Positions 8,910 through 17,630 of a stretch of 51,180 nt of DNA are shown here, one piece after another; within the stretch, counting starts at the first letter, position 1, and every line of letters begins with the position of its first letter. Both the position numbers and the translations under genes were made by a program. Below the pieces are notes generated by a model. The model was not told the DNA's origin, ran no database searches, and saw only the letters and a program-made list of their open reading frames with translations. The stretch comes from an uncultured bacterium. Its GTDB lineage: Bacteria; B130-G9. The DNA is taken from positions 1 through 51,180 of the forward strand of contig CBDVDH010000023.1 in NCBI GenBank assembly GCA_965372715.1, written 5' to 3'.

Positions 8910-10197
8910 CCCTCGTGGCCTCGGGTGGGTATCCGTTCAGAGACCCAGCGAGTGCTTGCTCAAACTCGAGCTTCATCCCCTCGACCATGGCGTCCCACGA
9001 CGAGGCGCGCGCCATCTCAAAGCCCCGTTTGATTGCGTCGTCGTCCGGCCGCTCCAGGGACGCCTCAACGGCAGCAATGAAGTCATCGGGCGTGGTGGCT
9101 ATTTTGATGATTCCCGCATAGAACCTAACGATGTCCGGGATGGGCGTCGAGACGACCGGGGTTTTCGATGCCAGGTATTCGAGCACCTTTGTGGGGTGGG
9201 TGTGAATCGTGAGGTCGTTCAGGACGAATGGCAGGACCGCGACATCGAACCGGGCGAGGTAACCTGGCAGTTTGGCATAGGGGACAAGGCCTGGCAGGAT
9301 GATGTTTGGATGCGACTCGATCTCTGAAAGTGGCCTCGTCGCGAGCCAGGGGCCGGCGAGGAGGATCGTCCACTCGGGGTGAACCTCTGCGGCGGCAAGT
9401 ATCATGTCGAAGTTCAGTCGGTCATCAACGGCGCCGAAATAGCCTACCACGGGGCCCTTGGCGTCCAAGAGCGCTGCGGGAACCGGAAGGTCTTTGTCAG
9501 CGGCGCTGCTGAAATGCTCAAACTCAACGCCGCATGGGAAGTACTTGATGCTAGACGGGAGTTTTCTCTTGCGCTCGGCGAGCGTATTCGTGCCCGCAAA
9601 GACGACATCTGCTGCGCGAATAAGCCTTGCTTCGAGGTTGGTTGTCTCGCGTCTTGCGAACCCAAACGCCGAATGTTCATCCATGATGTCATAGACCACG
9701 CCGCTTTGAACGAGCGAGTCGAGGAGCGGCGTGAATCTGGGCGCGTAGAACCAAAGGAGCGGGGCGCGAGCGAGACTCGTTTGGCGCAGACATGTCGTTA
9801 TGGCCGCCCGGACGGTCCGTAGGTTTGTCCTGTAAATCGCTGCGACGGCGCGCTCAAATGGGAGCAGAATCGGCGACAGGAGTTGAACCTGCGGCGCCTC
9901 GCCGGAGGGCGGGAGTTGTTTTTCGGTCTTGCGCCTTGCCAGGTCCGAGGCGTATCGTGGCCAGAGATAGAGCACGGGATACGATTTGGCGAGGCGCACG
10001 GCCAGCTGCTGCGGTCTCTGCCAGAGGCCGCCGAAGGGATGCGTCGAGATGAAGACGATAGGGGTTGGGCCAGCATTGGTGGTCGATCTTGATTCGAAAA
10101 TAGAACGTGCGCGTATCGCGACCGCGTAGGCCAGCGCAGCGGACGAGAAAGCGAACAGTCGGAGAAGGAAGCTGATCCTGGCGATGATTGGATTCAT
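8896..10197 (-). CDS. GT4-like glycosyltransferase
   Basis: WQRPQQLA, VVYDIMDE, GVEFEHF, VGYFGAVDDRL, PTKVLEYLA..PVVST; start moved to ATG 10197 because the upstream extension is simple repeat. Confidence 0.88.
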   Translation of the reverse strand: MNPIIARISFLLRLFAFSSAALAYAVAIRARSIFESRSTTNAGPTPIVFISTHPFGGLWQRPQQLAVRLAKSYPVLYLWPRYASDLARRKTEKQLPPSGEAPQVQLLSPILLPFERAVAAIYRTNLRTVRAAITTCLRQTSLARAPLLWFYAPRFTPLLDSLVQSGVVYDIMDEHSAFGFARRETTNLEARLIRAADVVFAGTNTLAERKRKLPSSIKYFPCGVEFEHFSSAADKDLPVPAALLDAKGPVVGYFGAVDDRLNFDMILAAAEVHPEWTILLAGPWLATRPLSEIESHPNIILPGLVPYAKLPGYLARFDVAVLPFVLNDLTIHTHPTKVLEYLASKTPVVSTPIPDIVRFYAGIIKIATTPDDFIAAVEASLERPDDDAIKRGFEMARASSWDAMVEGMKLEFEQALAGSLNGYPPEATRDGRA

Positions 10198-10261
10198 AGC
10201 GTTCCGATCTTTGCACGCCTTTTTTGCAGAGACAAGGGGGATGTGAGGTGTTTTCGCATAG

Positions 10262-10330
10262 CGGAAACGGGAGAAGAGGAGAAAAGGAGAAAGGGAGAAG
10301 GGGAAAAGAGTCGCAAGTCGAAAGTCATAC
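10262..10330 (+). repeat. 8-mer purine tandem repeat followed by 7-mer (AAGTCGC-like) repeats
   Basis: CGGAAACGGGAGAAGAGGAGAAAAGGAGAAAGGGAGAAGGGGAAAAGAGTCGCAAGTCGAAAGTC. Confidence 0.65.
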
Positions 10331-10399
10331 AAGTGTAGTGGCGTCGTCTTGGGCCCGTTCGCTCTGTTTGAACAATTGAAGACTGCGGCTATGGTGGGT

Positions 10400-10507
10400 G
10401 TGGGGTGGGCTTTCTAGCCCGCCGAAGAACGGGTTTTGTGCGACAGAGTGTTGTGTGTGTTAGATGCGCCGATCACTACGAAAGGCGGGCTGGAAAGCCC
10501 GCCCCAC
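10400..10507. repeat. REPIN (family GT[AG]GGGY[AG]GGCTTTC[CT]AGCC)
   Basis: GTGGGGTGGGCTTTCTAGCCCGCC (10400-10423) inverted with GGCGGGCTGGAAAGCCCGCCCCAC (10484-10507); same family at 50980 and 51151. Confidence 0.85.
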
Positions 10508-10560
10508 ACAGGCTCCGTCTCGTCCGTACGATTCGAGGCTACGACGCGCAGAACACCTCG

Positions 10561-10944
10561 CTAGACTGTGGCCCAGATGGATGGCAGCGAGCTGTCAACG
10601 CGGCGGAGCGCGTCCTTCTCAGTGGGCGTGATGACAAGGTGCCTATTGAGGCCATAGACCTTGAGCATTTCGGCGGCCTGCCGTTGCGGTATCGTCAAGA
10701 TGAGTAGGCCGCCGCACAGAGCAACATCGTGGCGAATCGCCTCAAGCAGCATGAGGCCATCGGGCGTCAAGCTTGTGATGCCCGACAGGTTGAGCACAAG
10801 GCTCCGAAAGCCAATTGCAATTGCCTCTTCGACCTTCTTGTGAAGCTCCATGGCGCCCTTTTCGTCGAGGACGCCCATCGCTCTTAATACCGCCGCCGGA
10901 CCTTCGGTGTGCAGCTCTACCGTTACGCTCATTGCCCGTGTCAA
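10561..10944 (-). CDS. STAS domain anti-sigma factor antagonist
   Basis: VLRAMGVLD..GA..L, LVLNLSGITSLTPDGL, LKVYGL, TEKDAL; RBS AGAGGAGG; canonical DSSG replaced by TPDG. Confidence 0.8.
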   Translation of the reverse strand: MTRAMSVTVELHTEGPAAVLRAMGVLDEKGAMELHKKVEEAIAIGFRSLVLNLSGITSLTPDGLMLLEAIRHDVALCGGLLILTIPQRQAAEMLKVYGLNRHLVITPTEKDALRRVDSSLPSIWATV

Positions 10945-11091
10945 ACCTCCTCTTTTTAATATCGGATATTTGTGACAGTTCGTTTAACAGTTTGACGATT
11001 GTCTGGGGGGCTGGTAACCTTTTTGGCAATGTATGCAGGAAAGAACTGCTCACAACGTTTCTGTATTCAATGATTCGGAGGTGTAAAGATT

Positions 11092-11394
11092 TTGGATCCC
11101 AAGCCAAAGCAAATGCAGTTCAAAGTGAGGATAGACGAGGCCGCGGCCACGGGCAAATACGCCAACTTCATCAATGTGTGGCACAGTAATTACGAATTTG
11201 TGATAGACCTGGGGCAGGTCATGCCGGGGCGCAATGAGATCAAAGTGTTCGAGCGCATCATAACGAATCCTCTGCGAGCCAAGTTGTTCCTAAAGGCGTT
11301 GGAGATGAATATCCAGAAGTACGAGGAGATGTTCGGTCGGATAGACGTCGAGAGACATCCCATGCCGGAGATCGATGATACGAGGCTTCACTGA
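11092..11394 (+). CDS. DUF3467 family protein
   Basis: GKYANFINVWHS..EFVIDLGQ, RIITNP..AK.F..AL..NIQKYE..FG.I; RBS GGAGGT. Confidence 0.85.
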   Translation: MDPKPKQMQFKVRIDEAAATGKYANFINVWHSNYEFVIDLGQVMPGRNEIKVFERIITNPLRAKLFLKALEMNIQKYEEMFGRIDVERHPMPEIDDTRLH

Positions 11395-11462
11395 GTTGGT
11401 ATTCGGGGCAGTTCGGGGCTGTGAAAGGCATTTTTCGGTTGGATGATTTTTTGGAGGTATGA

Positions 11463-11789
11463 ATGGAGCGGGAATCGGACTTCGTGGTTGTGCTGATAAC
11501 TGCGTCGAGCTTGTCGGAGGCGAACCGGATTGCGAATGCACTCGTGCGCGAGAAGCTCGCGCCTTGTGTGAGCGTCGTGCAGGATGTTTGTTCCACGTAT
11601 TGGTGGGACGATGATGTTCAGTCAGCCAAGGAGTCGCTGTTGATTGTCAAGACCAGGTTGGACGTGTTTGATGCGTTGAAGGATCGGGTCTTGGAGCTTC
11701 ACAGTTACGACGTGCCCGAGATCATCTGCATGACTCTGGTCAAGGGGTCGGAGGATTACCTGAGCTGGATGAAGGACTACTTCAGATGA
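11463..11789 (+). CDS. cutA: Divalent-cation tolerance protein CutA
   Basis: IANALVREKLAPCV, STYWW, E.LLIVKT, LHSYDVPEI, YLSWM. Confidence 0.95.
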   Translation: MERESDFVVVLITASSLSEANRIANALVREKLAPCVSVVQDVCSTYWWDDDVQSAKESLLIVKTRLDVFDALKDRVLELHSYDVPEIICMTLVKGSEDYLSWMKDYFR

Positions 11790-12961
11790 CGCAGGAGCTG
11801 CCACCGCCGGTTATCTCGAGTGAGGGGGCGAGTTTCCCGTTTTCTCGGGGGCTTCTGACGAAGTCTCTTGCCGCCTCGGGCTTGGCTTTAGAGGAGGCTT
11901 ATGGTCTTGCCTGCCAAATCCAAAGGGATATGGCTGAGCGAGGAATGACCGAGTGCACCAAGGAAGAGCTAATGGACACCGTTGTATCCAGGCTTCGGGA
12001 GAGCTACGGGCAGGCCGTTGCAGACAAGTACTCGCGACTTAGGCGCAGCCCACGTCAACTTGTGGTCGAGGGCACAGGGACCTCGTTCCCATTCTCTAAG
12101 GGGTTACTGACTATCTCGATTCAGGCTTCAGGTGTGGATACTGAGACGGCCTTTCGCATTGCAGGGCTGGTCGAGGCCGAGCTCAAGAAGACCAATAGAT
12201 CAGTCGTGACGAGGGACGAGATTCGCGAGAGGACATCGCATTTTCTCTCGGAGATTGCTGGCGCCGAATACGCACGACGCTACCTAATGTGGCGCCATCT
12301 TAAGGACCAGTCAACGCCAGTGATTGTCTTGGTTGGGGGAGGCACTGGCACGGGCAAATCGACAATAGCGGCCGAGCTAGGCCGGTTTTTTGGGTTCAAG
12401 CGGTCCAGTTCGACGGACTCGATCCGGCAGATAATGAAGATGCTGTTTTCCGATGAATTCGTGCCCTCGATCCACGAGTCTTCATACACGGCTCACAAGT
12501 CTCTATCCGTGCCGCTTCCGGCCGGGGTCGATCCTGTGGTGTTCGCGTTTCAAGAGCAAGCCACGAGGATATGCGTTGGTGTGTTCGCGATGATCGAGAG
12601 GGCAATTCGGGAGGGCGTTAGCATGATCATTGACGGCGTGCACCTTGTTCCGGGCTTTCTGAATACCGGTCCGTTGAGGCGCTCCGCGATGATCAGTTGG
12701 ATAATGAGCACGGTCTCGGACGAGTCATCACACAAGGCCAGGTTCTCATCGCGCGAGGTGGGTTCAAAGAACCGGCTTGCACAGCGTTATCTGGACAATT
12801 TTAGCTCAATTCGTAAGATACAGACTTATGTCCTATCACTTGCTGGGGAGCACCAAATACCGATAATTGCGAACGATGATTTTGACAAGGCAGTTGCGAC
12901 GGCGATCTCGATTGTGAGCGATGATGTCTTGAAACAGAGCGCGGATACAGCCGGTGGTTAG
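11786..12961 (+). CDS. pgk2: 2-phosphoglycerate kinase (archaeal type) with two N-terminal ATP-cone domains
   Basis: Repeated FPFS[RK]GLL..S..ASG modules; PVIVLVGGGTGTGKST; STDSIRQIM; IHESSY; IIDGVHLVPG; RYLDNFSSIRKIQ. Confidence 0.85.
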   Translation: MTQELPPPVISSEGASFPFSRGLLTKSLAASGLALEEAYGLACQIQRDMAERGMTECTKEELMDTVVSRLRESYGQAVADKYSRLRRSPRQLVVEGTGTSFPFSKGLLTISIQASGVDTETAFRIAGLVEAELKKTNRSVVTRDEIRERTSHFLSEIAGAEYARRYLMWRHLKDQSTPVIVLVGGGTGTGKSTIAAELGRFFGFKRSSSTDSIRQIMKMLFSDEFVPSIHESSYTAHKSLSVPLPAGVDPVVFAFQEQATRICVGVFAMIERAIREGVSMIIDGVHLVPGFLNTGPLRRSAMISWIMSTVSDESSHKARFSSREVGSKNRLAQRYLDNFSSIRKIQTYVLSLAGEHQIPIIANDDFDKAVATAISIVSDDVLKQSADTAGG

Positions 12962-12967
12962 CGGCCA

Positions 12968-14173
12968 ATGCGCATAGCCTTCTTGGTTCAGCGGTATGGT
13001 TTGGAGGTCAACGGGGGAGCGGAACTGCACTGTAGGTTGGTGGCAGAGCGGCTTGCCGGGGACCACGAGGTGGAGGTGCTTTCATCTTGTGCGTTGGACT
13101 ACATCTCTTGGCGAGATCATTATTCGCCAGGGGAGGAGAGAATAAACAACGTGCTACTCCGCCGCTTTAAGGTCAAACAACCGCGCGATGAGCGGCGTTT
13201 CGGGCTGATCTCAAGCGAGGTCTTCGGCGGGCCTACCCCTGTGGAGAAGCAACGACTCTGGCTGCGTGAGCAGGGCCCTTTTGTTCTGGACCTCATCCAG
13301 TATTTGAGGGCGAATATCGACTGCTACGATATTCTGGTCCCGTATAGCTTCCGTTACTATCACTCGAATGAGTGCGTGAGGCAATTTGGCCATAAGTCAA
13401 TCCTGGTTCCCACGGCAGAGCCTGATCCAGCAGTTGAGCTCTCCGTCTTCAGCAGCACTTTCCGAGAACCTCGTGTAATACTCTACAATACGCCCGAAAG
13501 CAAGAACCTTATTGAGAATGCTCAACACAACTATTCCGTTCCTAACGTCGTCACAGGTGTCGGTATCGAAGAGGGGAAGTCGGGCGATATCAAGAAGGTC
13601 CTCGCAAAGCACTCTCTTCTTGCGCAGCCGTATATCATCTACATAGGGCGAATCGACAAGAATAAGGGCTGCGACCGCCTGTTCGATTATTTTCTGAGTT
13701 ACGTCGCGCAGGAGGACGTCCCCAAGCCCTATCTTGTCCTCCTGGGAAGCAGCGTCATCGAAGTACCGGGCCATCCGATGATCAAGCATCTCGGTTTTGT
13801 TTCAGCTGAGGACAAGCTCGCGCTTCTCAAGGGCTCACAGCTGCTGGTCATGCCGTCTTTTCTGGAGAGCCTCTCAATGGTCCTGCTCGAGGCGTGGGCG
13901 TGTAAGAAGGCGGTTTTGGCAAACGGCGAGTCGGACGTTCTGCGAGGACAGTGCTCACGCGCAAACGGGGGCCTTTACTACCGGACAAAGGCCGAGTTCA
14001 TCGTCTGTCTCAAAGAGCTTCTGACGAACGATTTCCTTCGCTCGCGGCTCGGCAGCCTGGGAAACAAATACTTCCGTATCAATTACAATTGGGATGTTAT
14101 CAAGCAGAAGTATGAAAGAGCCTTTGAGATCGCTCTTCGCGCTGATGACGTTCGGGCGAGCGGGTCGGTCTGA
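12968..14173 (+). CDS. GT4 glycosyltransferase
   Basis: MRIAFLVQRYG.EVNGGAE, YIGRIDKNKG, PSFLESLSMVLLEAW. Confidence 0.92.
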   Translation: MRIAFLVQRYGLEVNGGAELHCRLVAERLAGDHEVEVLSSCALDYISWRDHYSPGEERINNVLLRRFKVKQPRDERRFGLISSEVFGGPTPVEKQRLWLREQGPFVLDLIQYLRANIDCYDILVPYSFRYYHSNECVRQFGHKSILVPTAEPDPAVELSVFSSTFREPRVILYNTPESKNLIENAQHNYSVPNVVTGVGIEEGKSGDIKKVLAKHSLLAQPYIIYIGRIDKNKGCDRLFDYFLSYVAQEDVPKPYLVLLGSSVIEVPGHPMIKHLGFVSAEDKLALLKGSQLLVMPSFLESLSMVLLEAWACKKAVLANGESDVLRGQCSRANGGLYYRTKAEFIVCLKELLTNDFLRSRLGSLGNKYFRINYNWDVIKQKYERAFEIALRADDVRASGSV

Positions 14174-14182
14174 GGCGAAGGG

Positions 14183-16000
14183 ATGATGGCCAAGACAAGA
14201 GGCCTGTCATCAGGCCCAGAGAATGGACCAGGCACTTCGGAGCTGAACATTGGCGATAGGCTTCTGGATGACCTCTTTCTCGTTCTTTGCGAGGTCGATT
14301 CGGCCGGACTGCTGGTTCTGAAACGAGGCGGCGTCGCGAAATCTGTGGTCGATCGTCTGCTTTCCATCCAGAGCATATCGCCGGTCCGTCCCTCCACCTT
14401 TCCGCGGCTGAAGCAGGACCGTTTGGTCAGGTTTCTGCTGAATTTGCTCTTTGAATCGGATTTGCTGGTCGTTCGTCCGCAAGAGAGCATCGCCGGCCTG
14501 TCGGACGCTTGCGATAAATGGCTCTCCGCGCCTCTTGAGACACAAATACACAGGCTCTTTTTGGCCTATCTGTCATCTTCGTGGGACGAATTGTATCAGA
14601 TACCGAATCTCAGGATCGAGGTCTCTGGCCGAAGGAACGCCCCGAACGAGAGCAGGAAGACAGCACTCCTGGAGTTGGCGAAACTACCTGAGGGCGAGTG
14701 GCATGAATTTGGGGCTTTCTTCGAACACATGCACAAGAAGGCGCCCGGGTTTCTTCGTCCGCCGTCGGACCCTTACAACTGGAAGATAACTGTGCTGGCC
14801 GCCCGCGTGGGACGTCATCTTCACACTGAAGAAGGCGACAAGAGCTTCTGGCTCAACCTCGAGGGAGGCTTGCTCGCAAACTATATCTACGACCCGCTCT
14901 ACTGGCTAGGCGTGGTCAAGCTGCGACTCTCTGAGAGCGGAATGCTGACGCATTTCGCAGTTACAGAACCGGGCAGGATGTTTCTGACGGGGGATTTCAT
15001 CAAGAGGCCGGGCAAGCCGAAGAGGCGCTTCGTGCTACAGCCAGACTTCGAGATAACTGTGCAGAGGGAGTTCGATCGCTCCGCCTTGTTCTTTCTGAAC
15101 CGGTTCGCGAATCGCACCGAGATGGATGCGGTCTTCAAGTTCCAGGTTAGCAAACACTCCATTTCAAGAGCGCTTCAGCAGGGGATTGACGCCCAATCAA
15201 TCATCTCATTTCTTAAACGGCACTCGTCGGCCGGGATGCCTCAGAACGTCGAGTTCTCGATAAAGGAATGGTCAGCCAAGTTTGGGAATATCAGGATAAG
15301 AGACGCCGTCATTCTCGAGACAGCGGACGAATTCTTGATGAGCGAGATTCTCAGTTTCCGAAAGATTGCAGCAGGTCTTCAGGAGCGCGTCGGGCGGAAG
15401 ACAGCGCTTATAAGCTCCGAGCACATTGACAGTCTATATAGGACTTTGAAGCGGGAAGGCTACCTGCCAGAGATTGACGACGAGCTCAAGAAAGCGGGCC
15501 CGGACATCCAGTCGTATTCTTTCTCACAGCAGCAGAGTGTGGCGGTATTCGCGTGCGCACTCGCATTGTCTGACATCCTGACATCGCTCGAGACCGACAT
15601 TCCTTCGCTGAAGAAACTGCTCGTCGATGAGGAGTTCCTCTCGACCAGGGTTCCGTACAAGTTGATGCTTCGTGTGAGCTTCTTGGCTGGTGAGCTCTCC
15701 GACCTGGTCCTACACCGAGAGCCCATCTCTCTGAAATCGAGCACGGGCGAGACCCTCGAAATGCCGAAGAGGCCTCAGAAGGGCGTCATAGACAAGCTAA
15801 ACAAGGCGATGACGCTCGGCAAGCCAGTGGCAATCGAATACATCTCGCCTATCACGCAAGCAGTCCGTTACAAGAAGATGACGGTCTCTGAAATGATGGA
15901 AACAAAGAACGAAGGTTACTTCAGAGGTATTGATCGCACGACCGGCGCCTCGAGGGTCATTTCGATCACAGCAGTCAAGAGCATCTCACACTTGGGGTAG
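14183..16000 (+). CDS. XPB/Ssl2 helicase-associated domain (Helicase_C_3) protein with C-terminal WYL-like domain
   Basis: VLQPDFEITV...FANR...FQVSKHSISRALQQG...FLKRHS...PQNVEFSIKEW; C-terminal LNKAM..GKPVAIEY...YFRGID....SRVISITAVKSI; no Walker A seen. Confidence 0.78.
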   Translation: MMAKTRGLSSGPENGPGTSELNIGDRLLDDLFLVLCEVDSAGLLVLKRGGVAKSVVDRLLSIQSISPVRPSTFPRLKQDRLVRFLLNLLFESDLLVVRPQESIAGLSDACDKWLSAPLETQIHRLFLAYLSSSWDELYQIPNLRIEVSGRRNAPNESRKTALLELAKLPEGEWHEFGAFFEHMHKKAPGFLRPPSDPYNWKITVLAARVGRHLHTEEGDKSFWLNLEGGLLANYIYDPLYWLGVVKLRLSESGMLTHFAVTEPGRMFLTGDFIKRPGKPKRRFVLQPDFEITVQREFDRSALFFLNRFANRTEMDAVFKFQVSKHSISRALQQGIDAQSIISFLKRHSSAGMPQNVEFSIKEWSAKFGNIRIRDAVILETADEFLMSEILSFRKIAAGLQERVGRKTALISSEHIDSLYRTLKREGYLPEIDDELKKAGPDIQSYSFSQQQSVAVFACALALSDILTSLETDIPSLKKLLVDEEFLSTRVPYKLMLRVSFLAGELSDLVLHREPISLKSSTGETLEMPKRPQKGVIDKLNKAMTLGKPVAIEYISPITQAVRYKKMTVSEMMETKNEGYFRGIDRTTGASRVISITAVKSISHLG

Positions 16001-16019
16001 CCGTGGAGGCCTGCTCAGT

Positions 16020-16090
16020 GTAGGGGCAATCCCCCCGTGGTTGCCCTTTGCGATCAATAGGATAGGGCAGGCGCGGTGGCCTGCCCCTAC
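16020..16090. repeat. REPIN between convergent genes
   Basis: GTAGGGGCAATCCCCCCGTGGTTGCCC and inverted GGGCAGGCGCGGTGGCCTGCCCCTAC. Confidence 0.8.
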
Positions 16091-16176
16091 GAGACGTAAC
16101 TGCCCTTGCATAGCCAGAATACGATCAACATCTTCCAAATCCTGACGGGTGGATCGATACCGAAACGATTGCAGAT

Positions 16177-17607
16177 TCATGGTATTATATCGTCGTCGTC
16201 TTGGTCAACCCAGAGCGGGGCGTCTGTCTCGTCCGCTGAATCCCACGGTGGTGGCCCATCTTTCGAGATGTTCTTAAAGCAAGCGTGTCTGGTCTGGAAT
16301 AGCAGCTTGACGGTGCCTGTCGGTCCGTTCCGCTGTTTGGCGACGACCACGTCTATTTCGACTGCGTCAGGCCTTCGATATGCTTCGTCCTTCTTTTTAT
16401 AGATCGAGCGAGTCGGGTCGTGAAGGAATATCACTACGTCGGCGTCCTGCTCAAGCGAGCCGGACTCGCGGAGATCGGCCAGCTGCGGAATACTATTTTC
16501 CCGACGCTTGGTTACGTCCCTGCTAAGCTGGGAGAACGCGACGACGGCGATATTCAGCTCCCTTGCCATCGCTTTCAGCGATCTTGAAATCGCGGTAACC
16601 TCTTGTTGGCGGTTTTCGGTTCGTCTGTGGTATTCCATCAGTTGAAGGTAGTCAATCATGACGATTCCGACGTCGTGCTCAGCCTTTAGCATCTTAGCTC
16701 TTGACCGCATCTGAAGCGGTGACAGAGTCGCGGAATCGTCGATGAAGATTGGGAGTTCGGCGAGTTCGCCGCCAGCGTGATTGATGACCTCTCGGTCCTT
16801 GTGTGACAGTCTGCCGCTTCTGATCTTCGTGAGCGAGACGTTAGCAATGGCCGAGAGGAAGCGGTTCGTGACCTCTTCCTTGGACATCTCGATCGTGAAG
16901 ATGAGGACTGGGACACCCTCTTTCTTGGCCACATTGTAGGCGACGTTCAGGCAGAGAGATGTTTTGCCAACGCTAGGCCTTGCGCCAACTATTATCTGGT
17001 CGCCGGGATGCAGGCCGAGAATGAGCTCGTCCAGGTGCTTGAACCCGGTAGGCACTCCGGAGACCTTTTTTTCACCGGACGCAAGTTTTTCTATCGTGTC
17101 GAGGTTTTCCTTGACGACGTCTGCCACAGCAATAACGGCGCTGCGAGACCTGCTCTGCGCCACATCGGATATCGCCCTCTCCGCATACTCGATGACCTGG
17201 ATGGACTCCTGGGCCCCTTCATAACACTTGTCAACCACGTGGCTGCAAGCGGAAATCAAGCTGCGGAGCAGGAACTTATCGTTGACGATGCTCGCATAGT
17301 GCCTGACGTTGGTCACCGCCGAGACGTCGGCAACCAGGCCGGAGACGTATGCCATGCCCCCGACTTTGTCGAGCTTCTGCCGCCTTATAAGCTCGTCCTT
17401 GAGAGTAACGAGGTCCGCCGGAAGGTCTCGTTCATATAAGTCCAGCATTGCCGAGAATATCTGTTTGTGGGCCGAAAAATCGAAGCTGTTCTCGGTGATT
17501 ATCTCCCCAACTACCGGAATGAGGCTGTTGTCGATCAGTAAGCCGCCTATCACGAGGCGCTCGGCCTCTCGATCGTGGGGCGGGACTCTTGCTTGAACCT
17601 CTGTCAC
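16177..17607 (-). CDS. dnaB: Replicative DNA helicase
   Basis: PPHDREAE, GVPTGF, GARPSVGKT, IDYLQL, SQLSR, DLRESGSLEQDAD, AKQRNGPTG; no intein. Confidence 0.98.
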   Translation of the reverse strand: MTEVQARVPPHDREAERLVIGGLLIDNSLIPVVGEIITENSFDFSAHKQIFSAMLDLYERDLPADLVTLKDELIRRQKLDKVGGMAYVSGLVADVSAVTNVRHYASIVNDKFLLRSLISACSHVVDKCYEGAQESIQVIEYAERAISDVAQSRSRSAVIAVADVVKENLDTIEKLASGEKKVSGVPTGFKHLDELILGLHPGDQIIVGARPSVGKTSLCLNVAYNVAKKEGVPVLIFTIEMSKEEVTNRFLSAIANVSLTKIRSGRLSHKDREVINHAGGELAELPIFIDDSATLSPLQMRSRAKMLKAEHDVGIVMIDYLQLMEYHRRTENRQQEVTAISRSLKAMARELNIAVVAFSQLSRDVTKRRENSIPQLADLRESGSLEQDADVVIFLHDPTRSIYKKKDEAYRRPDAVEIDVVVAKQRNGPTGTVKLLFQTRHACFKNISKDGPPPWDSADETDAPLWVDQDDDDIIP

Positions 17608-17630
17608 AGAACCACCCTTCTACGACTCGC

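Noticed and set aside
16177-17607. Intein in dnaB
   Set aside because: Length is 476 aa with contiguous motifs and no insertion.
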